NCBI GenBank assembly: GCA_051294905.1
Contig: CM119371.1
Coordinates: 25,050,001 to 25,114,000 of the forward strand
DNA from: Botryllus schlosseri
Lineage: Eukaryota
Reading direction: 5' to 3'
Length of the DNA stretch: 64,000 nucleotides
In this document: one piece after another, positions 35,199-49,151 of the stretch
Numbering within the stretch: position 1 is the stretch's first letter
How the letters are laid out: every line of letters begins with the position of its first letter
The notes under the pieces: generated by a model
Told to the model about the DNA's origin: nothing
What the model saw: only the letters and a program-made list of their open reading frames with translations
Database searches by the model: none
Position numbers and translations under genes: made by a program

Positions 35199-35902
35199 CA
35201 GGGCCGGCAAACCCGTGGCCCGCGAGAAGGTTTTGAGTGGCCCGCGAGGTAATTTTCAAAATTAGTAATATTATCAAAAATGGATTGCACAGATTGTGAA
35301 CTTGCAAGGCCAACCAAAAATTTGATTAGTCTGGCCGCAACACTTGAGATGTGATGACTACAATATCAGTCCCGACACATTGGCAGATCCATGAGCCAGT
35401 CACATTCGGTAGATCTTCGTACACTACAACAATACAGAATAATTTGCGATAGATTTATCAAAAGTAAAAATTTTCTACACGCTTCGCGCAACATGTTGTC
35501 ACTCGATTTCTTGCTTTTAATATTGTTACCCCTTTGTGAAAATGAAAGAACGCCTAATGTATCAGATTGAGTCTAACTATATTCGCGATTACGACACAAA
35601 GGGTCGTTCAACATATGCGACCTTGCGTTTGCGCTCGCAGAAAGACCGTCGATTATAAAACCTAGGAAAAAATGATTGACGCATGTTGGTCGAAGCGTTC
35701 GATATCGATATGTCCAGGCGCCGAATAGTCCATTCCTTGCAAACTCAGCCCTACGATACTCAGCAGGCCCGCAATATAGTCAAGTGACAATATTATTGAC
35801 CTATGAACTTCGGAAAATTTTCGCGCTTGGCGCGGCTAGTGGCCCACGCAATAGTTCGTCAATCAAATGTCGCCCTTTGGCTGAAAAGGTTGGCCACCTC
35901 TG
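35199..35902. mobile_element. hAT (Charlie-type) MITE
   Basis: CAGGGCCGGCAAAC...GTTGGCCACCTCTG; perfect TSD GTTTAGAT. Confidence 0.82.
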
Positions 35903-36575
35903 GTTTAGATGCATCGATGGTGCTCTCTCAATGTACTCAAACTCATATTTTGCGTAGGTCGACGCTCCGTTGTTTAGGTATTGTGAATGGTCAGGTATCA
36001 TTGAGGCGGACAATATAAGCTATCATAATTAAGCGACACTTCCCAAATGATAACACTATTACTAAAATGAATATTTTCAATAATGCATTAATAATAAATA
36101 CATTAAAATGGCGCAATTGTGTATATTACAGCATACTGATTGGGATAATAGAACTAATCCGATGATAATATCGAAGAAATATGTGGAGCATGCCTTTCGA
36201 TAATACGTTTTGTATCTTTGATTCTTATTTAATTGAATTCAACTTTCCACGGAAGTGATGAATAAACAATACACGTATGTTGGCTACTTCAAAAGCACAA
36301 GAGCTTAATAATTTATACGATGGTCTCGTTCAGACTAAATGTAATATTAATGCATCGCAATCTCCGCTAAAATGATCAAAGATCCAAAAAAATCTGCCGA
36401 TACAGTTCAGACATCTTGAATATCGTATTACTGTGTAATTAAAACTTCGTGTATGCGTGGTGTTTGATCAAACTTTCGGATTAGTTTACCTACACGATTT
36501 GTATCCGGATCAATAAATTTGTTTCATTTGTCTGACGTTATCACACGCACTGCAGCTACTTAACATAATATAGAG

Positions 36576-38741
36576 TAGGAGTTCTCAACTTCTCTTGAGT
36601 AACGGGCCGCATTCTAACTTCAAAAAGTGTTGCGGCCTAATCGTAGACTACTATTAAATTCACTGCTTGTACCAGCCGTATAGGCTATGGACGTTTAAAA
36701 CATGCATCCTAAAGCATTAATGGGCAGCGTTAGCAAGGTTGTAGTTAATGTTATTTGTGAGAATATGTTATCTTCCCGTGGCTCAAGTAAATCACGACGA
36801 TTTGTCTCTTGAAAATATGCTAACGAGTGGTAGTAACTTTATGGAGCGTGCGTTGCATGTATTGCTAAGTAGGTATATGCACATTCCAAACCTTCTACAA
36901 ATGATGTCTTTGCTTCATTGCGTAAGCAAGTATCTAATTTCGACACCTTTTTTCATCACTGAGAACATTGTCACTTTGAACACTTCACATCTCACGCACA
37001 ATGCAGTGATATGAGAAGTCTTGGCGTTCGGGATCTCTTTTGAGCAAACCAAGTCAGTGGTATTATCCTATCATGGCTGAAACACCAAGAATAATTATAG
37101 AAGTCACTTTGGCAAGTTGATGTTTTGGGTGATCCTCGATAAAAACTCGTCATTGCGGATGCAGAATAACTGGCCGCTTCCCACGTTTGCCATGGCAGCA
37201 TTTACTCTGCGAATGTATCCATTCTGAGAAAATGCACCATAATCATTAACTATGCAATATCCATGGAGTCGGTGGATTAGTCTGATTCTATAAGCTAAAG
37301 CATACGTGGCAACTTGCTTCAGAAACTGCGATAAAAGATCGAATGAGATTGCTGGTACTCATTTGGACACGGTTGAATCAGACAACTGTAGATTCAATAT
37401 TGGCTAGGTGATGTTGTTCTCGTTGCGAAATTGTGAAAGTTAGGGAATTCGCACAGTCTGCTAAAGATTTCTTAAATCCCATCTCGCCAAACTGAGTTCT
37501 TGGCTTTAGCGATATTTCAAGCAATTGTGATGTATGTCTCGGTAAAGATGTCTGCAATTTCAACAATGCCTCGAAATATGGACTGCTGGGATTGACACTT
37601 AGCTAGCAACATTTTGTCCCAAGAACAGGTAGATATTAGGGATGGTGTGAACCCCTGAAAGGTTCAGGTTCGTGTGAATGCGAATCTTTTCAAAGGGTTC
37701 TGCGTGAACGCGATCGTGAGCCGTCACGTGGCGCCACATTGCTCATTAAAACTACATTTCAGTGAAGTGTTATATTAATGTATATAATACACGATACCTA
37801 GCGATGACTCAGGCCATATCATGCCACAATGCTGAAGTACATGCTGACTTTCTAAACGTGACCAAATGTATCAATCAATATCTTCCGTCGCTTTGTCAAC
37901 AATTTCGTCGAGGACTTGCTACTGAGCAGAGTTTAAAACGTGTTTCTATACTTGCTGCCGATATTGCCCCATAAACAAGTTATACAGTAGCCAACACCCC
38001 AATTGCGTGAATTTGGTTTTTATGATACAATAAACACATCAAATCAAGATGGATCCTATAGGCCAGCTAGATTTTTAACATTGGACAACAATGTATTCTT
38101 GATATCAATTTCATTGATTGGTTGAATAAGCATCACTCGCTGACTACCTACAGGTAGTGTATCCCGTTCTTGAGGTTCTGTGATTGCGGTTCAAGCTCAC
38201 AGCAAGGAGTCACTGAATATTCACGAATGGAAAGCTGAATATTTCAAGCAAACTTTCGTCATAAAAAAAGTAAAATTATTGGAACTGGCAAAAGGCAGGC
38301 TGGTTTAGTGTTGATTTTTTTATGCTGCAATCGCCATGCATAGCGTGGTCCGAAGTTGAAATGCAAAGCGTTTCAACTAAAGATGTTATAATAACATGGA
38401 AAATTGTAATATAAATAGGTTCACATTGCAGAACATACCAAGGCTCGTTTGTGAACGTGAACCTCTAAATTTCTGAGGTTCATACACAGAACGCAAACGT
38501 GAACCTCACGTTCACACAATCCCTAATAGATATGTATTTCAGAAGCTCGGATGAAACCGTCAGTGATGTCGTTTTAAAGTTTATCGCTTCATTACGACAA
38601 CTGTTCTCCGTCAAATAAGACGCAACGGTTTTCTATTTACCTCTGCGAAAGCTAATTTAGTGTTTCACACTGAGTAATCGAAGATGTTGCGGGCCGTAAA
38701 AAAGCGTCTGCGGGCCGCGGGCTGCGTGTTGAGAGCCCCTG
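36576..38741. mobile_element. Old Charlie-type hAT element hosting a family A MITE
   Basis: Termini resemble CAGGGGTTCTCAAC / GTTGAGAGCCCCTG with GCGGGCCG sub-terminal motifs; no TSD recognisable. Confidence 0.5.
37637..38525. mobile_element. hAT MITE family A
   Basis: TAGGGATGGTGTGAAC...GTTCACACAATCCCTA; TSD GTAGATAT/ATAGATAT. Confidence 0.88.
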
Positions 38742-40825
38742 GTTGCAGATATTTGATACTTCTTGGTAATGGTAGGTGCGTGATGTGACCAGTTTCAGAT
38801 GTCGAATAAGATAACAAGTTGAAGAACTCGCTTGCTACTGATGCGACCATTAGGTTCACGTTCATATTCGGGCGGTATGTGATCATCGGTGATGCAGAGC
38901 AGAGATTCTCCAAAGTTTTAGTGCGTTTCCGAAATCTTACATATATTGCCATCTCACGATCACTGCCTCACACATCGAAAAAATGCATCTTGATGTTCGC
39001 TGTGCAGTTCTTTGGAAAGTAATTCATCAAAAGAAAAATCATTATCGCAGTAAGGTTTTAATGTCACTGAGATCTATTCTTCATATTAATACAAAAATCC
39101 TTTATATTGTGCACTATGGTTATATCGAATGGAGAAATCTTACTGTATAGTTCACGGGTGTACGAATTTCTCGTGTTCAAACACCATATCATCGTAAAAG
39201 CTGATACTTGCTTGTCAATCATTGACTATAGTAAGGAGCATCTTGAACGTGGAAATGTATAAAGAACCACACTCAAATGCCTTTATGCGCGATGGCAATT
39301 GACCAGATATTACATACATACTATCGCTCTGGTGCGTTGACGGCCCTAATTTGTACCCTTCGCGATCCATACTTTACGAACAACTGATCCTGAGATTTGC
39401 GTTTGCAACCGAACTTTAGTCTGGTCGTTGTCATGGTCGTGTTCACAGTGAAGCATTCACGGAAGCTTGTGTTCAGTCGTATCTGAACCTTTCAACCGAT
39501 GTTCCCTCTAATTTTTGACGAGTCTGCAAACACTCACCAACTCACTGCGCAGAGCCTTGGACGATAGTGCGTAAAGACTAAAAAAAGGTCATCACGTCGG
39601 AATTTATGTCCGCAACTTTGATTTTCTGTGCGCAGAGACCGCGTCAACACTGCGCGCAGCTTAGAGGGAACATTGCTTATGACCGTGATCGAAAATTGCT
39701 AATGATAATACAAGCCTTTCAAATCTACTCAGAATGACTTCGCGGGCTGGATAAAATCGTCTGGCCTGCGGTATGTTTGACACCCCTGGTCTATGCAATT
39801 TGTTACTGAATTATTAAACGGATGTGATTTTGTTTTTGATTGCGAATTATTCAGAATACGTTTGAGCATACCCTATGACCTATGTTAATTCATGCAACAC
39901 GTACATAAATTCGGTGTTGTCGCAATACTTCTTTATTATTCCTACCAGTCAGGTAATGGAGTAGTGTTTCCTAGATAATTCCATATTTTATTAGAATGGG
40001 TAAATGAAAAGCTGCTATGTTGTTGATATTTTGTTCAACATATTCATCGAGACGCTGCTGATATATATGCCAGTGCTTCTTAACCGGTATTTCACGAAAC
40101 AGGGGCTCCGCGAGGCATTTTCGGGAGTTCCACGTAGTTTAGTAGACACACTCAAGTCATACCTAGGATTTTTGATATCCTTCTGAAATGACAATTCCAT
40201 CTCTACTATTTATAGTCTCATTTGCGATGAAAAAATTTCTTTCGAGGTGTTGCGTTTCGATCGAACAATACGGACATACTTTACAAGGTCAAGTCTCGCA
40301 TTTCCGAACTGATATCCGCAAGGTAACGGCATAAGTCACGTTGATTTGCAATAAATATTCATTACAATGTTTTAGTTTCATGTAAAAAGTATATTTTGAT
40401 GGTTTTCTTCTAGACAGTAAGTTGATGCCCAGCATGTGCACCATAATCTATAGCAATGTATTAGATGTATGGTGAGATGTGTATCGTGGCATACACTGTA
40501 AATCTAAAAGGTGGAGATTTCCTCCATTAGAAGTGGTTCACCATTTTGACCATTTCTGGTGGAATGCAACTCCACCCCCCATCATGGTGGAAATACTTTC
40601 CACCCTATATGGGGCAATACCCTCCTCCCTATATGAGGATTACCTTCCACCATATATGGAGGAATACCCTCTACCTTATATGGGGGACATACCTTCCACC
40701 CCAACCTATCTGTCAGCTGCCACACATCTTTGCTTTATGCAATACTGCAGAATACAAATCCAATTAAAACATACAAGCATGGCATTTCATGCACTTTATT
40801 ATGCGTATTCAAACAGTCATTACTA

Positions 40826-41067
40826 TAGGGTTACCATATTACAGAATCGAAAAAGGAGGACAATTTTACCAATTCAGGAAAGTTAGTTGATCAAGACTGA
40901 CAGCCGATTTTGCTATTTTTAGCTGGAAAACTTTTGGTGTTAAATGAAAGCGACGAGTCCAAAATTACCATATTTTTACTTAAATTTAGTCGTGTTGACT
41001 AAAATAAAAAGTCTGCACTGACAATCGACTTCGAATGACCCGCTTGAGCCTCCGTATGGTAACCCTA
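40826..41067. mobile_element. hAT MITE (TAGGGTTACCATA termini)
   Basis: 13-bp TIRs; degenerate TSD CATTACTA/CATACCTA. Confidence 0.7.
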
Positions 41068-41820
41068 CATACCTATGATGACAGTTCCATTGTTTATGGC
41101 AACATATTAGTAGCCCTCACAACAAGATTTCTCAGCTCTACGCCAGGCAGCTTTAGCAGGTATGACGAAAGGCACGTGAGAGTGTGCTTGATATTCTTCT
41201 GAAACTGTTCAATATCCAATGAGCTGCGATCAGAAGAGCAAGTGTTTCATCAAAACTTTCAATGTTTTTTGAGAAGACGATTCCATCCAAGTGCAGGCTC
41301 CATTGCGAATTGTTGACCATCGTTGGATATGGAGAGATAGAAACCTGAAAGATATATTATATTACTATGAAATCTTCGGACTTCAGATCATTATGATATC
41401 GAGATAGGCTTAGCACATAGGACAATTTATATTACCACTGCTCAAGTTATAAACATGAATTTGTGTCACAAAATGTTGCTCATTTGATTGATGCTTTTAA
41501 AAATATCTTGTCACCAGTCTGTCTGCTGCAATGAAGTATATTTCAATCTCATGAGCCCCAATCCATTACTTAAGCTATGCGCGACGCCTGTACCAGGTCT
41601 ACTGAAGCTTGCCACTTTCTATTGCTAGAAGTTGTAACGGCATATAAGAAATATGGATTGACTTGATTTTGAAACACTGGTTTACCATTATGGTCATTTA
41701 CAACAGGCCGGTGTTCCTTATTTTTTAATCCGTATTTGCTGACTTGTAGCACGGCTCACTTCTAGGATTCTTGTAAGACACCGACGAGGCGAGGTAGAAA
41801 CCAGACTTGTACAAACTAGT

Positions 41821-41997
41821 GAATTTTCAAAATCAGTAACTAGAACTACAACTACTGAATTTTCAAAATCACTAACTTGAGCTACAACTACCAAATTTTC
41901 AATATCAGCAACTAACTACAACTACTGAATTTTCAAAATCCGCAACTAGAACTACAACCACTGAATTTTTAAAATCAGCAATTAGAACTACAACCAA
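41821..41997. repeat. Minisatellite, ~36-bp unit x5
   Basis: Tandem GAATTTTCAAAATCAGTAACTAGAACTACAACTACT-like units with no spacers. Confidence 0.9.
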
Positions 41998-42623
41998 TCG
42001 AAAAAACGTTAGCTAGCTGACCATCGACTAACCAACTGTTTAGTTTTAACAATGTATATTATACACCATCTATCTACGAACAGCTTACCTCTCCAATATG
42101 AAGAAAATTGTCGTATCCTTCTCCAAAAATGGTTGGTATACCAGCACGCCAATCCAACACTCCATCACCTATAAAGCAGACACAGGTTATTAGAACTATC
42201 GATGATCACTTCTAGCATTCCAATATTTATTTTGAACGCGTGTAATTTTCGGAAATGAATCCAACGGTAACTGGCTGGTACGAGACTATGTTATTGTGAA
42301 AGCCACGATTATTGGTGCGGCGCAAGTCAAACAAGTTTCTACAATTGCATCTCAACGGCAGAAGTTAGAGAGCCACTGCACTTGAATTTATTCGAAAAAA
42401 GTTATTAGCGGAAAATTTGCAATGCCACACAATTTCATGAAATAATACTCTCACCTAGTAATCCTTGTATAGCCTCGGGAACTTTAGGCCACTTCATTTT
42501 GGCCTGAGCTATATTGTACCGGCTCTGTGTTGTGCACTTCCCATCAAGGTTTCAGCCTCTTTCAACATCTTAATATGCATAAGATATGATACTCCCGTGG
42601 CAATGACAATTTATACTATAGAC

Positions 42624-43347
42624 CAGTTGTCACCGCGGCCCGCGACTTGATTTGAGATTTCGGAAGAAAGCTAAGAAAACATTTTAAAATGCTGAAATTG
42701 GCGTGTAATGGCCGAAACACTGACAAGACCGAGGCGCATAGAAAACAGGTTAGGGCAATGGTTCTGAAAGTGGGGGCGCGTCCTCTAGTGGGGGCTTTAA
42801 AGCATTTGAAGGGGCGCGGAGCTGCGGTCAACTGAATTTTTTTTCGCGCACTGCGCGATTTACCTCGATTTCATAGCTATAGTTATTGCTCTGTGTATAG
42901 TCCCGAATTCATATTATAGAATTCTCTCATCAACATTCATAACCATCCACGCCGTTAAACTATCCGATTGCTAACAGTATGGGTACATTTTGTGATATGA
43001 CGATAAGAAGGGCGGGCGAAATATTTCAGTGTCATAAAGGTTTGAGAACCACTGGCTTAGGGTTTCCCCACAAGATCAGCGTTCCCAGGTATCGTGCACA
43101 GCTCAGAGTTCAAAATAAAATGAAATTGATGCCAGTGATGTTTTGTTGTATTTTTATTCCTTCATTAAAATATTACTTCTTTTGTGGTCACTATGTCCGT
43201 CGCCTATGTTAGGTAGCACAGCGTTGTACTGACGTAGAGTTTTAAGCCGTGGTTGCCTACTTTATATCGATTTTGGATTCTTGCGGCCCGCGGCCGCTAC
43301 GAAATTTGAAAAGTGGCCCGCGACCCGTTTTGAGTTGGCGACCCCTG
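42624..43347. mobile_element. Charlie-type MITE containing a second MITE (42756-43054)
   Basis: Outer TSD CTATAGAC is perfect; inner element CAATGGTTCT...AGAACCACTG has TSD GGTTAGGG/GCTTAGGG. Confidence 0.8.
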
Positions 43348-46300
43348 CTATAGACTATTGTACATCCTGAAAAATTAGAGTTCAACTAGCTCATCTTAAA
43401 ACCAAGATATAAATTAACTGGACTTACAACCCTGGCTCTTTTGCATCTTGAGCTGCTGGCTCCTTCTTCTTCCTCAATCACATTCTTTCGTTTTGTACCA
43501 TGCTTCTGCTTCATCTGATTCACCAATTCAGCTTCCAAATGTCTTCGATAGTCCTTGAACTTCTGCCTCAAGGCAATATGCCACCAGCCCTGAAGAAATT
43601 GCAAATATTGTTGGACTCAACTCTGCAGAGAGTACTATTACTAAAAGCAAGGAAAAACCTCTAAACAGTCCGCAAAGTCTAAAAATCGGCATTGTTTCAA
43701 CAATGGCAGCGCCACGACACAATGAACATAACAATGGGTGGTTCGAGGTGGTTCTATTGCATTGACTCGATAAGCGATTTTTGGGTGACTCGACTTGAAT
43801 CTAGTCTTTTTTTCAAATATGTTAAATGACTCGTCTCGAATCAATTTTTCATTGCATCTACGAAGAATAGTTATTTCGAGTACGAGTCCTGATACTTGGC
43901 AAAATAGGGCCAGAAACTGTTAAGACTGAGGAAAATTACTGTATTCTGGATGCGAGCCAACTACACAAGCAGAATTGATAAAATGTGGATTGAGCTAAAA
44001 ACCGAACATTGAACATACGGTAACGACTTGGACTCGGCTTATCTTGTAGGTATTCTGGAATTGTGGCTATTGCCTTCAGAACTACATTGAAGCTACGTAC
44101 AGTGTACGGGTATAGTCATGACAAAAGAGACCATAGGCGACGACTTACGAGGTGGCGCAAGTTCGGACATTTTGATTTGCGAAAACTGTCGCCGAGGCTG
44201 CGTAATACCAGCGCGTATTCAATTGTTCACCAGACATCAGGGACTCGCTAATTGGCAGCGATTCCGGACTCTTTGGCAAGCTTATCATACGCCAAAAATC
44301 GTCAACAAGAATAGATTATATGATCGTCATTTACACATATATTTGTTTCTCTAACAAGGCTTTGTCAGTGACATTAATCGGCAAATGCAGCGAAACAGCT
44401 TACACACCGACAGAATGAGAAAACAATTGTCGCGACGAAAGCTACTCAATATTGTGTTAGACTCAGAACCCATTCGTGGCGAAACTCATTTGCCAACATC
44501 TATATTTCTTGTTATCTGCTTGATACATTCGTGCTCTGAAATAGGCCACGTGCGCAAGATGTCGTGTGTCGCTAGCCTAAGCTATCGTGCCGCCGACATC
44601 GCAGGCTCACTATCTACTCCCGTTCAGAGACAATCCAGTTAATTGTATTATGATTAGCGATCATTATGTCACCATTGTTCGACAGTGATATCGCAAAACA
44701 GAACAACATCGAATACTAAACCGCAACTATTCATGTACTCACGTATTACGAATGCAGGGTGCATACTATACACGGGTACAGGCTTTTTCCCAGAATATAC
44801 ATGTCATTTTAAGGGTGTGTATCATACATGGGGGCGCACTATATTCGGAAAATTACGGTATTAGTCCGGAATTCACCGGTAACGGGCAAGGACAGTATAC
44901 TATGGATATCTGGCGTCCACATAGCGTATTATGACTATGACCATTGCCAACGACTGAAGTTACATGCAGCTTACCTAGCTGGAATTTTCTTCATTATTGT
45001 CTTTCAAAACTGGAGAGTTTTTTAATAATGCCAAGCATACTTCTCGATACTGATGCGCAAGCGCAGTGGGGTACCTGTTAGATAGATCCGCATATAGTTA
45101 CCTGATATCTATCCAAACTAACGAAATGCATGCACGAGTTTCAAAACAAAATAGGATGGATGAATTGAATGGAATTATACTTACAAAGTATATCGCAAAG
45201 GATCTTGAAAGGTAATTGTCTTGATCTCTTTTCTCAGTCTTTATGGAATTACAATATTGCCAGCGCTCCCATGCACCAAGTATTGACGAAAAGCTGGGAT
45301 GTCGTAGACCACAGGCCATAGTTGTTATGAACGTGAAAGTGATGATTCAACTGGATCATCCGTCACAATAGATCCAGATGAAACCAGTAATGATTCAACT
45401 GAATCATCCATTACATTACGTTCAGATGAATCCACAGTTAGGGAGTCGCTAGTGATGCTGCTGTCGCAAACGCTTGGAACATTTTCTAGGAAAATTACGT
45501 ATAGAGGTGAAGAAATTGATAATTGAAGCCAAGCCTAAACTTACCGGTAACAGGAACTCTAATCCGATCATTGCCTTTTACATCAGCATCAGACAGAAAT
45601 CAGTAAACTCCTTATCATAACACTCAATATTCAAGAATTCCGGCGCCAAATCAAATTTTAGTGCAGCAGATGATGGTATATCTTCTATTGTGCACGCAGT
45701 AATGATCTTGTTGTCGGTATTGAATGTAACTAAGTCTCATAATTATTTAGGACTGAAATCACAAGTTACAATTAGATATCAGAAGAGTTCCTTTCATTCA
45801 AACAAGATCTATCCTTGCAACAGTTATAATGAAAATCCAAATTCAAAATATGCAGCTACTGATGGTAAAACTAGAGCCAGTTTGAATACCGTACCCAATA
45901 GCTCTATCTATGGTATGCATGAATATGAGAATGTAATCATCCTAGCTAATTTCTTGAATTATAATCACTCGTTGGCTTACTTGAATTACCTTCCCACCAA
46001 ACAAGATATCATCTCGTCTCTCAGGTAATGCTAACTGCTTATGGCAATGGCAAGTTCATTGAATTTTCAGTCACGAGCGATACCGGTACTTCATACGAAA
46101 TCGATTAAGCAGATGACATCACCTATGAACTAAAATCAACGATAATCATAATTGTGATTAACTCAAAATCAATGAATATAGATATATTTTTCTGTCGACT
46201 GACTGAGTGACTGACTGACGACGCAGAGCGCGCATCCCCGTATATTCGAAATAGCAAATCGCCAGAGTCCCGGATGCTGCCGGTCACGGTTCATTGGTGA

Positions 46301-46879
46301 GAATATTGGCGATAATAATAAATACCTTAGAGGTTTTGGATATGCTACGGTCGTGCAGGATCTTGAAGTAATTATCACAATCCATTAATGGTATTCAGAC
46401 ATTTTCAAATTTAATAATCCCTCTACTGGCTTAACCACTTGGAAAAAAACTGTTCAATCTTTTATCAATATTCCAAAATGCATGCGACTATGACTTCACA
46501 TTGAGTAAAAAACAACACTCGACTCCAAATTCATGTCTGATGACGTTATTAACTATAAGCCAGTATCAACTGTTATGTTTTAATTGGGCAATACGACAGT
46601 TTACAAACAGTCATTTCTGATTTCCACCATGTCAATAATTGTTTTTCACCAAATATGGTAGACTATTCATTCCCCCCTCTTTCCACCCTCTAAATTCCTC
46701 CATATGTGGTGGAGATACGGTGGATGAAGGGAAGGAATGTACCCTCCTACATTTTTCTACCATTTTTTCCACCTTTTAGATTTACAGTGTATGTTGTTCT
46801 TATGACTCACCGACAATATGGGGTTCCGCGAAAGCTGAAAGAGTAGCGAAAGTGTTCCGCGGACTAGTAACTGTTTTGT

Positions 46880-47424
46880 TTTATTGAACATATCACGGCC
46901 AGCCTATAGTCATTTCTCTCTAGCATCTTATATTGAAGTTATTTAGTGGTTATATTACAGGAGAAAATGTATTTCGTTGCGAGGATTCAGTTCCTTCCTT
47001 GGGACGGATTCGGAAAAAAATTCAAGAATTTCTATTTCAAACGACCGTTTTCTTATTTGCTGAGACTGACAATTCCAAATCCAAAATGTTTTGCAAACAT
47101 CTCGAAGTTACCCTGTTCTACCTTGCTATCTCCAACATTTCATTTTTCCACCAACCCCAACAAAACATCTCCAAAAAGCGAAATGTTTGCATCAGCAGGC
47201 TGTTGGCAATTTGACAAAATGAGTTTGCACAGTCGGATATTTCGACTCACACAACCGTTTCAATAATGTGAGTCCTAACGTTTTAGCTATAATGAAGCGA
47301 AACTGAATCATGCTTTTCCTAGTTTAAAATCAATTAAAAATTAGGTTGTCACTCATTTTACAAATTTAGAGGCCCCGGGGACCCCCTGAAAATGCTTCAC
47401 AGACCCCCGGTTGAGAACCACTGC
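46880..47424. mobile_element. Charlie-type MITE fragment; inverted homolog at ~1990-2505
   Basis: Shared sequence (AETDNSK.KMF.KH.EV pseudo-ORFs in both places); GGTTGAGAACCACT termini. Confidence 0.7.
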
Positions 47425-48613
47425 ACTATTATATAGTCAATATACTTTTACTCTCTAGTAAAGTTTGTAAATATAGCTACTAAGCGCATTTTGATCAACT
47501 AAGCCTGGTGTTTATGTTAAGTAGTCAGATGTAGGCTGGGACTGCATAGCTAACAGGCAACGTGAAGCTTAGCTATATATGTGACAATTTTGCCTGATTT
47601 TGCTTTTTTCCATACATTTACTTATTAAGGGGGGAAACTATACGAAATTTGAATTTAGTGTTCCGAACGCATAACTGTCGTAATTTTGCACAATCTGAAT
47701 GTAATTAAGGATGAAAAATCGAAATGTTGCGTTAGGTAGGAGGGCTAGGCGAAACCGAGTGACATACTGGTGCGATTCCGGGCCGGGTCTTCAGCTTCGA
47801 GTGGAGATAAGAAATAATAAAAATAGTGACTCGTCACTCGTTACTCGTAAAGAAACATACTATTGAAGATCCACTCGAATTAGTACAATCAACTTTGGAC
47901 TCTCCGAGTGATTGTACCAAACGCTACTAATAGGTCTGTTAGTTATTACGATGAAATATATCAGTTTAAGAATGAACATAGATCATATCGGATTCAAAAT
48001 GCAGGAATGTTTTAATCCATAGTGGATATTGATGCATTGACGCACGCCGGTTTTCGATCGTGGCTTGACTCGTAAAGTTCCACTTTCGCTCCCTAACTAT
48101 AATATTTCTAACGAAGTCACGACTGCAGTGGGAAAGTCAAAATTTACGTATAAATCTCCTGGTAGCGGTGTATCCGCCAAGCCTGCAAGTATTATAATAT
48201 TATTACAGTTTATGCTTAGGCGCGTAACGACTCCGTATCAGCAATTCGAAGCTTTAGTCACCACAAATAGTAACTGATATATCACGACATGTATTCAATT
48301 ACATGTATAAAACGGATGGAAAAGTCATACGGAAATATGATATTGGATGGAAACGGTAACCTGAGAGCAATAGTTTGATAAAATCGGTAAATCTGTTATA
48401 TGAAAGCGTTTTTGAGGATTCGTAATATTTTCGAAATAAAGCTTGGTGAATAAGACCCATACACGATATTAGGTGTAATATGATGTCCGTTCATCCAGGT
48501 GTGCACCCCATCATCGATCAATTTTATATCGTTGAATACGAACGATCATGACAGTCGCATTGCCAATTTGCAGAATTTTCTTATTCATTGATCGGAATAT
48601 TCAGTGTTACGAG

Positions 48614-49151
48614 TAGGGCTGGGCATAATGATTCAAGTACTCGAATCTGAATCGAGTATTAGATTTATTGATTCGAGTCGAGTAGAGTAGTAAAAGACGA
48701 TTTGTTTCGAGTATAGGCCTAACTGAAATTATACGCTTGTCGCCACTGAAAGATCATTTATCAACGAGAATTATAGTTTCGATACTAATTTTCACTGTTG
48801 AATAATTGAAACATTGGTTGTCGGTATCGTAGCATACGAAACATATAGTATACAAAGCTACGAAGGTTACTGGACTCAGCACATTTCTCAAGTCATGATT
48901 ATCCCACAACATTGTAACCAAGTGGAATGAAATCGGTATGGTCCGAAAAATACCAAAGTATCATTTATGAGATGGATAATAGGCATTATATCCTTAGTGG
49001 TGGCACAAACCGTACATATTTGAACTTTGATGTGTTACATTCAGTTATGACGTCATAATGAGTGATACTCGATTACTTAATTCGACTCGAAGAGTATTAC
49101 GTGATTCAGAATCGAATCACTCAGGTACTCGATTTCTCCCATCGCAGACTT
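48614..49151. mobile_element. hAT MITE family C (reverse orientation)
   Basis: Reverse-complement homolog of 34184-34699; perfect TSD GTTACGAG. Confidence 0.88.

Larger units (their letters stand above)
41140..46110 (-). pseudogene. Decayed spliced SAMD3-like accessory gene inside the CACTA element
   Basis: Exon 43428-43589 (GWWHIALRQKFKDYRR...) has canonical splice sites. Exon from 41344 reads VSISPYPTMV...LHLDGIVFSKNIESFDETLALLIAAHWILN. Further broken pieces at ~45100-45330 and ~45950-46110. Family assignment is from motif recall. Confidence 0.5.
40494..46789 (-). mobile_element. CACTA/EnSpm (CMC) non-autonomous derivative, 6.3 kb, carrying nested elements
   Basis: Perfect 22-bp TIRs CACTGTAAATCTAAAAGGTGGA / TCCACCTTTTAGATTTACAGTG flanked by TA; ~24-bp sub-terminal repeats at ~40600-40700. 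Confidence 0.8.

Noticed and set aside
40479..40886. 135-aa Pro/Tyr-rich ORF
   Set aside because: It is a translation of the CACTA TIR and its ~24-bp sub-terminal repeats.
41821..41997. 36-bp repeats of CRISPR-like length
   Set aside because: The units are contiguous with no unique spacers, there are no cas genes, and the context is eukaryotic. This is a minisatellite.
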